Source of the DNA: Acidimicrobiales bacterium | GTDB lineage: Bacteria > Actinomycetota > Acidimicrobiia > Acidimicrobiales > RAAP-2 | Direction of reading: 5' to 3' | NCBI GenBank assembly: GCA_017883135.1 | Contig: JADGOE010000008.1 | Span: 72-64,071 of the forward strand | DNA length: 64,000 nucleotides | Part shown: one piece after another, positions 1-8,538 of the stretch | How the letters are laid out: each line of letters begins with the position of its first letter | Numbering within the stretch: position 1 is the first letter of the stretch | The notes under the pieces: model-generated | Seen by the model: the letters and a program-made list of their open reading frames with translations, nothing else | Database searches by the model: none | Told to the model about the DNA's origin: nothing | Program-made: the position numbers and the translations under genes

Positions 1-14
1 CGGGGGCCAAGGCC

Positions 15-1481
15 ATGTTCTTCGGCGCCACGCTGATCAACGCACTGGCTGCCGTCGGATGCGTCGCGGTGGTGCGGCGCCGGAGCACGCCTGCCCGCGC
101 CCTGTGGGCCGCTGTGTGGGTCTGCGTGCTGGCAGGGCTGCTGGCGTTGGCCGGTCCGGGTGCGACCACCTACTCGGAGGGATCCCTCGGCGCACTGGTT
201 AGCCCGTGGAACCCGATGGTGATCATCCTCCCCCTGCTGCTCTTCATCGTGCTGTGCGCAGGTGCCATGGACCGGTCGCCGCTCTCGTTGGTAGGGGCGG
301 CACTGGTGGGCACCTTCATCGTCCAGACCAACATCTCGGCGCTGCCGTTGGTCGCGGTGCTCTTCGTGGTGGCAGCCGCCACCTGGGCGGTGACCGCCGT
401 CGGCGGCCGGCTGCGGAGGTGGACCGGTGGCTCTCGGGACCCCGATGGCGCACCGGGCGATGCGGCTGCGCCATCCGCCCAACCGGTCCACCGGAGGCGC
501 CGCCGGACCAGGTGGAGGGGGTGGGTGCTGGCCGGCGCGGGCCTGGTGGCCTTCGTCTTGATGTGGCTCCCGCCGTTCACCCAGCAGCTGGCCAACCATC
601 CGGGCAACTTCACCCTCATCTACCGCTTCTTCGCCGCCGGCCACCCGGGGCGGACCCTCGTGTCCGGGGTGTGGTCGATGGTGTCGGTGATGGGCGTGCT
701 GGTCGTGGGACCCTCGGAGGTGATGAGATCGCTGCTCGGCGACTCCGCTCACCACGCGGCGGTTGCAGTTGCCGTCACCATCGTGGTGTTGCTGGTCGCA
801 ATCGCGGCGACCGTCTTGGGTGTCCGTCAGCGGAGGCGGTTCGCCGCCGGCCTCGGCACCCTCAGCCTCATCGGATGTGCCGCGGTGGTGGTGTCGGTGA
901 CCCATGTGGTCGGGTTCATCTTCGGCTACCTGGTGGTGTGGTCGGTAGCGGTCCCGGTGGCAGCCCTGATCGGCGTGGGCATGGTGCGGCTGCCGTTGTG
1001 GTCGCGGACCTCCGTCCGGCGGCCGCTCACCTCGACCACTGCCTTCCGCTCGGTGCTGTGCGGCCTCGGGCTGGCGGCGTCGATTCTGCTCGCCGTCAGG
1101 GTGACTGCGATCCCGGCGCTCGGTGTGGTGTCCGACCCCAACGTGGGCCGCCTGGCGTCAGTGGTCACGCCGGCGTTGGACCCGCACGGTCACGTCTTCG
1201 TCGGTGACAACGACGCCGGGGGGACCAACACCAATCTGCTCGACACCGAGGAGTTCATCGGCCTGGTGAACGAGCTCGACCAGGCCGGCTACCACCCCAC
1301 GGTCAACCACGTCTGGAAGGCCCAGTTCGGACCCGGCTACGTCACCTCCGGCCACGAGGGCCGCCAGATCCAGCTCTATACGTGGGACCCCACCTCGCCC
1401 TCGATGCCGGGCTATGTGGGCCAGGTGGGGGACATGGCGGTGACCGTCACCGGTCCGGACGGCCAGCCGGTCGCGCACTGA
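15..1481 (+). CDS. Polytopic integral membrane protein with hydrophilic C-terminal domain (function unknown; possibly 5'-truncated by the window edge)
   Basis: 488-aa ORF. The first ~380 aa are successive hydrophobic segments (VIILPLLLFIVL, LPLVAVLFVVAAATWAV, VAVAVTIVVLLVAIAATVL) and the last ~100 aa are hydrophilic. The frame is open back to base 3, so the real start may lie upstream. Confidence 0.6.
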   Translation: MFFGATLINALAAVGCVAVVRRRSTPARALWAAVWVCVLAGLLALAGPGATTYSEGSLGALVSPWNPMVIILPLLLFIVLCAGAMDRSPLSLVGAALVGTFIVQTNISALPLVAVLFVVAAATWAVTAVGGRLRRWTGGSRDPDGAPGDAAAPSAQPVHRRRRRTRWRGWVLAGAGLVAFVLMWLPPFTQQLANHPGNFTLIYRFFAAGHPGRTLVSGVWSMVSVMGVLVVGPSEVMRSLLGDSAHHAAVAVAVTIVVLLVAIAATVLGVRQRRRFAAGLGTLSLIGCAAVVVSVTHVVGFIFGYLVVWSVAVPVAALIGVGMVRLPLWSRTSVRRPLTSTTAFRSVLCGLGLAASILLAVRVTAIPALGVVSDPNVGRLASVVTPALDPHGHVFVGDNDAGGTNTNLLDTEEFIGLVNELDQAGYHPTVNHVWKAQFGPGYVTSGHEGRQIQLYTWDPTSPSMPGYVGQVGDMAVTVTGPDGQPVAH

Positions 1482-3626
1482 TCAGGGGGCGGGCGGGGCC
1501 CCGGTCGTCGAGGTCGGGGCGCTTGGGCCCGGGGCGGTGTGCGCCGCCCGGTTGGCGTTGCCGAGGTCGGCCACCCGGGCCAGAATCCACGGCGACACCA
1601 GCTTGGCCCCGTCGGGGGTCACGTGGATCCCGTCGGCGAAGCGCACGTTCACCCCGCTGACGTTCTGTGCGTACTGGCCGGCCGGGTCGAGGCGACCGTT
1701 CAGGTTCGCCACCACCACGCCGCTACCGGACTCGCCGGCAACCTGTCTCAGCATGGTGTTGTAGCGATCGACCCGTTTGGGGTCGTCCTCGGGCCACGCT
1801 GCGCCGTTGTTCTGCTCGAGCTGGTGGTAGTAGGGGGCGGTCAGCAGCACCACGGTGGCACCGGTCGAACCGAGCGCCTTGACCGCGTAGCGCAGGGCGG
1901 ACAGCTCGGCGGTGTCGAACGCGGGCGCTCCGATGTGGGTCCATGTGGTCCCCACCAGCTGGTCGCGCACCTCGTACTCGCCGTCGGCCAGCATCACCAC
2001 GTCGGGGTGGAAGGCCTCCACATCGGCTTTCCACCGCGCGAGCTGGGTGGTGCAGGGGACCTCCTCGTGCCCGCCCCGCCAGCCCACCGAGCCCGAGACC
2101 AGCGTGCTGTGGAACAGTGTCTTGCCGTAGAGGAGCCCGCAGCCGAAGACGCCGTCGCCGGCATAGAGCACGTCGTACTTCGCCGAGGCCGGCCCCAGCC
2201 CGAACCCGAGGAAGCTCGCCTCAGAGTCCCCCACCAGCAGCAGCCGGATCGGTCCACCGGTCCCCGCCGGTACCACCGGGGCGATCGCGTCGGTGCCCGG
2301 GTTCCCATGTTGACCTGCCAGCGTGGTGGCGAGGGCGCTGGCGCCACCGTGGGCGTCGATCGCCGGGACGGCGCCGGCTGTGGATGCCACCATGATCACC
2401 GCGGTCCCACCGACCGCGATCGGGGTGGCTGCCCACGCCCGCCAACCACGCAGGACCCCACGCCGAATCGGCATCTCGAGGAAGTGGAACGAGATCGCAG
2501 CCACCGCGGCGGTCGCCACCACCCGGAGGCCGAACAGGGGCCACCCGACCAGCCCGGTCCGCGCGTGGTCCAGCACTACGAAGATGGGCCAGTGCCAGAG
2601 GTAGAGACCGTAGGAGATCGCGCCGATGTATCGCACCGGGCGCAGCGACAGCGCCCGCGCCCACGGGCTGTCGGGCACCAGCGCCACGCTGGCGATAACC
2701 GCGGCAGTTCCCAGGGCGATCAGGCCGAAGCCACCCCGGTAGATCCAGGTGGTGAGGCTGTTGTCGGTGATCGACATCCACGCCACCACCGCCAGGCCGA
2801 TGCCGCCGATGGCCACCAGCGCGAAGCGGGCGGTTGGGGAAAGGCGGATGGCCCGGACCAGCGAGGTGGTGTGCCCGGATCGAGCGTCCGCAGTTCCCCG
2901 CCGCGAGATCGTGTGGGCGAGGACGATGGCCAGCGCCGCCCCGACCAACAGGGCCTGGATCCGGGTGTCGGTCCCGTAGTAGACGCGGTTCTCGCCGGAG
3001 CCGGCGTGGAACAGGTAGGCCATCTCCACCGCACTGGCGAGGGCCCCGACCACGGTGATGCCGAGCAGCACCCGGAGTGACCGAAACCAATGGAGGACGG
3101 CCAGCACCACCAGGGGCCACACCAGGTAGAACTGCTCCTCGATCGAGAGCGACCAGGTGTGCAGCAACGGGCGGGGGGTGTCGAGGCCGGCAAAGTAGCC
3201 CTGGCCCCCGGTGATCTGGTGCCAGTTGTTGCCGTACAGGAGGGTCGCCACCGCATCGCTCCGCAGTTGGCCCAAGGTGTCGGGAGGCGCGAAGAACGCG
3301 GCGTAGATGGCGACCCCCGCCAACATCGCCAGCAGTGCCGGCACCAGCCGGCGCACCCGGTGGCCCCAGAACCGCTTCAGCCCGATGTGGGAGTTCTGGC
3401 GGTACTCGGAGACCAGCAGGCCGGTGATGAGGAACCCGGACAGCACGAAGAAGACGTCGACTCCGAAGAAACCCCCTCCGGCCCAGCCGAAGCCACCGTG
3501 GAAGCAGAGGACCAGGATGATCCCGATGGCACGGACGCCGTCGAGGGCGGGGATCCGACCGATCGAGGGCTCGGGGCCACCGTCGAGGGCATGGGCTGTG
3601 GGCAGTTGCTCCTCTGTATTTCCCAC
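1482..3626 (-). CDS. Acyltransferase family 3 (OafA/YrhL-type O-acyltransferase) fused to a C-terminal SGNH/GDSL-like domain
   Basis: 714-aa ORF with GTG start. AT3 hallmarks: LDGVRAIGIILVLCFHGG, VDVFFVLSGFLITGLL, WSLSIEEQFYLVWP. Multiple TM segments. The C-terminal soluble part has SGNH block I (LLLVGDSEA) and block V (FADGIHVT). Paralogue of 27638-29668. Confidence 0.85.
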   Translation of the reverse strand: MGNTEEQLPTAHALDGGPEPSIGRIPALDGVRAIGIILVLCFHGGFGWAGGGFFGVDVFFVLSGFLITGLLVSEYRQNSHIGLKRFWGHRVRRLVPALLAMLAGVAIYAAFFAPPDTLGQLRSDAVATLLYGNNWHQITGGQGYFAGLDTPRPLLHTWSLSIEEQFYLVWPLVVLAVLHWFRSLRVLLGITVVGALASAVEMAYLFHAGSGENRVYYGTDTRIQALLVGAALAIVLAHTISRRGTADARSGHTTSLVRAIRLSPTARFALVAIGGIGLAVVAWMSITDNSLTTWIYRGGFGLIALGTAAVIASVALVPDSPWARALSLRPVRYIGAISYGLYLWHWPIFVVLDHARTGLVGWPLFGLRVVATAAVAAISFHFLEMPIRRGVLRGWRAWAATPIAVGGTAVIMVASTAGAVPAIDAHGGASALATTLAGQHGNPGTDAIAPVVPAGTGGPIRLLLVGDSEASFLGFGLGPASAKYDVLYAGDGVFGCGLLYGKTLFHSTLVSGSVGWRGGHEEVPCTTQLARWKADVEAFHPDVVMLADGEYEVRDQLVGTTWTHIGAPAFDTAELSALRYAVKALGSTGATVVLLTAPYYHQLEQNNGAAWPEDDPKRVDRYNTMLRQVAGESGSGVVVANLNGRLDPAGQYAQNVSGVNVRFADGIHVTPDGAKLVSPWILARVADLGNANRAAHTAPGPSAPTSTTGAPPAP

Positions 3627-3690
3627 CGGAGGATCGTATCCGTGTTCGCTCAGGCCCCCGGGGGCGGGGCGGGCCCACCGGGGGGGAGTG

Positions 3691-5178
3691 TCAGCGTGCG
3701 GCAGAGCGCTGTCGCCATCGCATCAGGGGCTTCTCGATGCAGAACCAGCTGGCGATGGCGATGGCGAAGATGATGGCGAGTCGGACCAGCTCCGTCGGCC
3801 AGAAGCCCCAGCCGGTGCCGCCCGGGCCGAGGGCCAGGTAGACCGGAAAGTGGACGAGGTACACCGTGTAGGAGAGGTCGCCGATGAACACGAAGAGCCC
3901 GATCCCGACGAACCGGGAGCCGATCCCCTCGGGGCAGATCACGAAGTAGGTGAGGATGACCCCGGAGGCGATGGTGGTGGTCGGCAGCCACCAGACGGCC
4001 AGGTTCTCCGTGAAGAGCGGTGCGTACAACAGGATCCAGACGAGGAAGGCCGCCGATCCGATGGCCGCGGCCGTCAGCAGGCGGACGCTCCATCGTCTCC
4101 ACTGGTGGAGGTGACCGTCGGCGGCCAGCAGGCCGAGTAGGCACCCGAGGAAGAGCGCGTCGGCCCGGCTGTCGAAGGCGTAGTAGGTGCGGCCGAACAC
4201 GGCGCCGTTGAAGTGGGGGGCGCCGTAGATCAGCCACAGCCGATCGGCCGCGCTGAGCACCAACCCGGCGATCGCGAACCCGTAGGCGAGGCGCCGCCGA
4301 TGCATGGCGACGGCTAAGACCATCAGGACCGACCAGATGATGTAGAACTGCTCCTCAACCGACAGCGACCAGGTCTGGGCCAGGTACCCGAAGAACGGCG
4401 CGTGGCCGAACGCCTGGCGGTAGTCGGCGTAGTAGAACATCGCCGCCGCGCTGTCACCCCAGATCCGCTGGGAGGCGTCGGCCACGTGGACGAACGATGC
4501 GTAGATGGCGAGGAGTCCCACGGTCAACGCCAGCGGGGGGACCAGGCGGACGCCGCGCCGGGCGTAGAACCCCTTGAGGCTGATCCGGCCGTTCCTCATT
4601 CCCTCTCCGGCCAGCATCGCGGTGATGAGGAAGCCGCTGAGCACGAAGAAGACCTGCAGCGCCACCCACGTCCCGGGCAAGGTCTTGAAGTTCGAGTGGT
4701 AGGTGAGAACGGTGAACAGGGCCAGAGCCCGGATGCCGGTCAGGGGTGGCCGGTTGCCGAGGCGGAACCGGTACGGCGCCTCTGTGCCTGCCTCCGCGTC
4801 GGCGACCGCGACCTCCGTCTCCGGTTGGGCCGCGGCTAGCGCTGCGACCGGGGCCGGAGCCTCTTCGGCCACCACACCGGCGGCCACCAGGGGAGGGACG
4901 CCCTCGCCCACCGGAGGGCTACCTGGTCCCCGAGCGGCGGTGCGCTCGTTCGGTGGCGACGGGGCCTCGCCGTTGCCGCGGTTGCATCGATGGGACGATA
5001 CCCCACCACCGCGACCGCCTATCCGGAGGGGGTGGGTCGGTTCGAGAACGCCCGCAGAGTTATCCGGGCAAGCCGCCACCGGGTATGACGCCGGTGTGCG
5101 GCGACAACCGTGTGGAGAACCCCGGGAGGCCGCAGCTCGGTAATGGTGATGGCCACTACTGGTCAAGGGGTCGGTCAA
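3691..5178 (-). CDS. Acyltransferase family 3 membrane protein (short form, no SGNH domain); start uncertain
   Basis: ORF contains LTGIRALALFTVLTYHSNF, QVFFVLSGFLITAML and WSLSVEEQFYIIW. Clear paralogue of 14738-16108. The longest ORF starts at a TTG (5178) inside a tandem repeat. An internal GTG at 4911 would give an N-terminus of similar length to the paralogue. Confidence 0.8.
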   Translation of the reverse strand: MTDPLTSSGHHHYRAAASRGSPHGCRRTPASYPVAACPDNSAGVLEPTHPLRIGGRGGGVSSHRCNRGNGEAPSPPNERTAARGPGSPPVGEGVPPLVAAGVVAEEAPAPVAALAAAQPETEVAVADAEAGTEAPYRFRLGNRPPLTGIRALALFTVLTYHSNFKTLPGTWVALQVFFVLSGFLITAMLAGEGMRNGRISLKGFYARRGVRLVPPLALTVGLLAIYASFVHVADASQRIWGDSAAAMFYYADYRQAFGHAPFFGYLAQTWSLSVEEQFYIIWSVLMVLAVAMHRRRLAYGFAIAGLVLSAADRLWLIYGAPHFNGAVFGRTYYAFDSRADALFLGCLLGLLAADGHLHQWRRWSVRLLTAAAIGSAAFLVWILLYAPLFTENLAVWWLPTTTIASGVILTYFVICPEGIGSRFVGIGLFVFIGDLSYTVYLVHFPVYLALGPGGTGWGFWPTELVRLAIIFAIAIASWFCIEKPLMRWRQRSAAR

Positions 5179-5195
5179 GTGGTCGGTCAGGTTAA

Positions 5196-5224
5196 TGGAC
5201 AGAACAGGGGGTAGATAGTATAAT
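5196..5224 (+). promoter_or_regulatory. Near-consensus sigma-70/SigA-type promoter driving a leaderless Fic transcript
   Basis: TGGACA (5196-5201), 17-nt spacer, then TATAAT (5219-5224). The GTG start of the Fic ORF is at 5232, 7 nt after the -10, and there is no Shine-Dalgarno. Confidence 0.5.
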
Positions 5225-5231
5225 TGCCCTG

Positions 5232-6407
5232 GTGAAGCGCTATGAAGAAACTCATCCGTGGATCACTTTCGAGGCCACTCAGATCAACAACGTACTGCCC
5301 CGCCAGTGGATGCTGCTTGGTGAGGCCCGCTCGAAGTGTGACCACCTCGCAGGAACACCGCTTCAGCCTCGGCTCGCCGACGAGCTGTATACGGTGACCC
5401 TCGTCAAGGGCGCCCTTGCGACGACCGCCATCGAGGGGAACACCCTCAACGAGGAACAGGCCCGGGGCATTCTGGACGGGACCTACAAGGCGCCTCCTTC
5501 GCGCCAGTACCAAGAACAGGAGGTCCGCAACGTTCTAGACGCCCTGGAGGGGCTCCACTCGCGAATCATGAGTGGAGAGGACATCCCGATCACCAGGGAG
5601 CTGATCTGCGATTTCAACCGTCAGGTGCTGAGGGGGCTCGAAAGTGATCCAGACGTTGTCCCTGGGGAGATCCGGACCCACTCTGTGGCCGTGTCCAACT
5701 ACCTGGGTGCACCAGCCGAGGAGTGTGCCTACCTACTGGACCGGCTATCGGAGTGGCTGAACGGTCCGACGTTCGTGAGCGACGACCCGGAATATCAGTT
5801 TGCGCTGACCGTGGCCAAGGCCGTCTACGCACACCTCTATCTTGCATGGATCCACCCATGTGGTGACGGAAACGGCCGCACGGCACGATTGGTGGAGTTC
5901 CTCATCCTGGCCAGTAGCGGCTTTGTGCCGATGCCGGCCGCCCACCTGTTGTCCAACCACTACAACCTCACCCGGACTCGCTACTACCACGAGCTGGCAC
6001 GGGCCAGCGGTGCCCAAGACGCCATTGGCTTCCTCAACTACGCCGTGGAGGGATTTGTGGACGGCATCCGAGTGGTCATCGAAATGGTGCGGGATCAGCA
6101 GCTCCGGATCGCATGGACCAATTTCGTCCACGAAGGGTTCGCCGGCCAACCCACTTCGACTGCCACCGAGCGTCAGCGCGCACTTGTGCTGGCTATGCCC
6201 ATGGGGTCAACGATTCCGAAGTCGGAAATGGATGGGCTGTCGCCAAAGGTGGCCAAGTTCTATGCCAATGCCGGCCCGAGGATGCTTTCCCGCGATCTCA
6301 ATCACTTGGAGAAGATGGGTCTCATCCGATCGGTCTCCGGAGGATACGAGAACCAAGCGCAGACCATGTTGGCGTTCCGACCGCCGATCGCGAACACGGA
6401 ACCATGA
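5232..6407 (+). CDS. Fic/DOC family protein with intramolecular inhibitory helix and C-terminal winged-helix
   Basis: 391 aa. Fic active-site motif HPCGDGNGRTAR (HxFx[D/E]GNGRxxR type). Upstream TTAIEGN matches the [S/T]xxxE[G/N] inhibitory motif. C-terminal SRDLNHLEKMGLI looks like a wHTH segment. Visibly AT-richer than its neighbours. Confidence 0.9.
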   Translation: MKRYEETHPWITFEATQINNVLPRQWMLLGEARSKCDHLAGTPLQPRLADELYTVTLVKGALATTAIEGNTLNEEQARGILDGTYKAPPSRQYQEQEVRNVLDALEGLHSRIMSGEDIPITRELICDFNRQVLRGLESDPDVVPGEIRTHSVAVSNYLGAPAEECAYLLDRLSEWLNGPTFVSDDPEYQFALTVAKAVYAHLYLAWIHPCGDGNGRTARLVEFLILASSGFVPMPAAHLLSNHYNLTRTRYYHELARASGAQDAIGFLNYAVEGFVDGIRVVIEMVRDQQLRIAWTNFVHEGFAGQPTSTATERQRALVLAMPMGSTIPKSEMDGLSPKVAKFYANAGPRMLSRDLNHLEKMGLIRSVSGGYENQAQTMLAFRPPIANTEP

Positions 6408-6537
6408 AGTCTGATCGCCCAACGTGTCCGGAAACTCGACAACGGTGTAGCTGCACTGTCCTGATGCCTGCGTTCCAAGCCGGCGGCTGAGCCGGCGGTG
6501 CCCCGATTGTTCGTGGCCCGGGAGGTCCGAGTCTTGG

Positions 6538-8538
6538 CTACCCGGAGCCGCCAGCGGGGAGTGCGGATCCTCCGAGCACGCATCGTGCCACCGCGACCCC
6601 GTTGGTAGGCACTTGGGCGTGACCGGTCAGGCAGGCGTCGAATGCCGCTGTCGCCACCGGTACCGACAGGGGAGCGTGGGCGACGTCCGACCACACCCAG
6701 GCGCCGTCCTGGTGGGTCGGCGCCGAGCCGAGCACCGACGAGAAGAACGCCACTCCGTAAGCGGTGCCGCGTGCTTGCTGGTAGGCGGGCAGCCGGGCAC
6801 TTTCGGGGACCACGACCGTGGTCACCCCCCAGTGGGCCATGGCGCGCCTCACCGCACCCAGGTTCGCGGCCGACATCGCGGGAGCGACCAGCAGGGGTAC
6901 CGAGGCGTCACGGAGCACTCCGAATCCGGCTCGATCCGCTCCGGCGCGGGCCACGGTTCCCGACGGTCCGCCTCCCCCGGCCATCAGGTAGTGCATCGTG
7001 TCGATCGCCTGCCAGGGGATCGACGCCTGCGAGTCGGCGGTGGCAAAGGGGTAGGCGAGCAGCACACGCCCGGGCGGCAGGTGGACCGCAGTGCTCTCGA
7101 ACCACTGCGGCACGCTGACCGGCTGCACGGTCAGGGGGATGTTCGGGGCCAGTACGGCGGCCACCGGTCCCAACGCCACGATCGCCACCGCCAGCGCTCC
7201 CAACCCTGCAACCCAACGTGTCGACGGCGGCAACCGCCCGGCCCGCCCGGTCTGTCCGCTAGTGGGCTCGGCCCGAGCCTGGCGGCGGGCGGCCCACGCA
7301 GCGATGCCGGACCTCGACCGGTCCACGATCACACCCAGCATCACCGCGGCGCACAGTCCGACCACGACTGCGAACCGCGACTGCACCACGTCTCGAACGA
7401 GCGGCAGGTGGTAGAGGAGGGCCCACGGTCCCCACCGGCCGGCACCGACGCGCATGCTGAGTGCGGCAGCCACCACGCCGAGGGCGCCGAACAACCAGAG
7501 CCGGCGGTCCCGTCTCCACCAGATGGTGCCGGCGACCAGCACCGCGACCACCCCTGGGCCCAGGTACGAGGGCGACGGCGTCACCGGCCCCCGGTAGCCA
7601 CCCAGGACGGGGGCCGCCTTCGCCAGCGCACTGGCGCCGATCGGGCCCCACCGACCGACGCCACTCCAGAAGTTTGCGACCGCGTTCCCGAGGTTGCCCG
7701 GGACGTTGGTCGACCACACCATCCCGCCTAGGTGGGCCGGTCCGGCCACGAAGAACCAGACCGGATAGGCCAGCAGTACCGCCGCCACCACCACCGCCAT
7801 GCCCAGGCCTCTGGCCGCGTGGGGCACCCTCGAACGGAGGTCGGCTGCGTCCCGAAGGGCGGCATAGGCCACCAGGAGCGCCATCGTCACAGCGCCGGCC
7901 ACCGCCGCGATCAGCAGCAGTTCGCTGCTGACGAAGAACTCGACGGTCACCAGTACGCCGAGGGCCACCCCCACCCGGGCCGGTCCCGCCCGCTGCCTGA
8001 CCAGTAACTCGTCGACGCACCCCGCCATCAGGGGGAGGAGCGCCGTGCACGCCAGGTTGAGCCACCCGAACGCCAGCTGCACGAGCACGAACGCGGAGAA
8101 CCCGTAACACAGCCCGCCCACGAAGGCCGCCGGCAGCCAGCGCACCCAGCGCTGCAGCAGCCAGAACATCGACAGGGCGGACAGCGCAGGGATCAAGGTG
8201 GCCGCCACGTTCACGCCGGTCACCGGCCCCAACAGCGAGGTGACCGGTGCCATGACCAGCGCGATCGCCGGCACGCTGGTATCGGCTAGCAGGTTGAAGC
8301 CGCTCGGGTGGAACTGCCAGGTGGAGAAGAGGAGGTTGTGGCCGTGGCCCAGTGCGAACGTGGACCACTCGAGGTCCCAGACCATCCGCCCGGCATCGGT
8401 GCAGCCGCACGTCATGACCGAGGAGGGGCCACCGCTCCAGACGTTCCACCAGACGACGACCGACGCCACCAGGTAGAGGCCGCCGGCCACAAGGTAGCGG
8501 GGGAGGCGGCCGGGCCTCCCACTCGACGGGGTCGTCAC
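6538..8538 (-). CDS. CxCxD-motif polytopic membrane protein, paralogue 1 (GT-C-like architecture, unassigned family)
   Basis: The real gene is the C-terminal 666 codons of the 929-aa ORF. A GTG at 8538 overlaps the TGA of the upstream paralogue (GTGA). Conserved blocks: WWNVW...MTCGCTDAG..W.LEW..FALGHGHN...FHPSGFNLLADTS...APVT..LGPV...GFSAF. C-terminal WGVTTVVVP...AWVW. Confidence 0.8.
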   Translation of the reverse strand: MTTPSSGRPGRLPRYLVAGGLYLVASVVVWWNVWSGGPSSVMTCGCTDAGRMVWDLEWSTFALGHGHNLLFSTWQFHPSGFNLLADTSVPAIALVMAPVTSLLGPVTGVNVAATLIPALSALSMFWLLQRWVRWLPAAFVGGLCYGFSAFVLVQLAFGWLNLACTALLPLMAGCVDELLVRQRAGPARVGVALGVLVTVEFFVSSELLLIAAVAGAVTMALLVAYAALRDAADLRSRVPHAARGLGMAVVVAAVLLAYPVWFFVAGPAHLGGMVWSTNVPGNLGNAVANFWSGVGRWGPIGASALAKAAPVLGGYRGPVTPSPSYLGPGVVAVLVAGTIWWRRDRRLWLFGALGVVAAALSMRVGAGRWGPWALLYHLPLVRDVVQSRFAVVVGLCAAVMLGVIVDRSRSGIAAWAARRQARAEPTSGQTGRAGRLPPSTRWVAGLGALAVAIVALGPVAAVLAPNIPLTVQPVSVPQWFESTAVHLPPGRVLLAYPFATADSQASIPWQAIDTMHYLMAGGGGPSGTVARAGADRAGFGVLRDASVPLLVAPAMSAANLGAVRRAMAHWGVTTVVVPESARLPAYQQARGTAYGVAFFSSVLGSAPTHQDGAWVWSDVAHAPLSVPVATAAFDACLTGHAQVPTNGVAVARCVLGGSALPAGGSG

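Noticed and set aside
1479-1484. Convergent genes abutting with back-to-back stop codons forming the palindrome TGATCA
   Set aside because: It is real in the sequence but most simply a coincidence of two stops. There is no hairpin or terminator structure around it, so it carries little biological weight.
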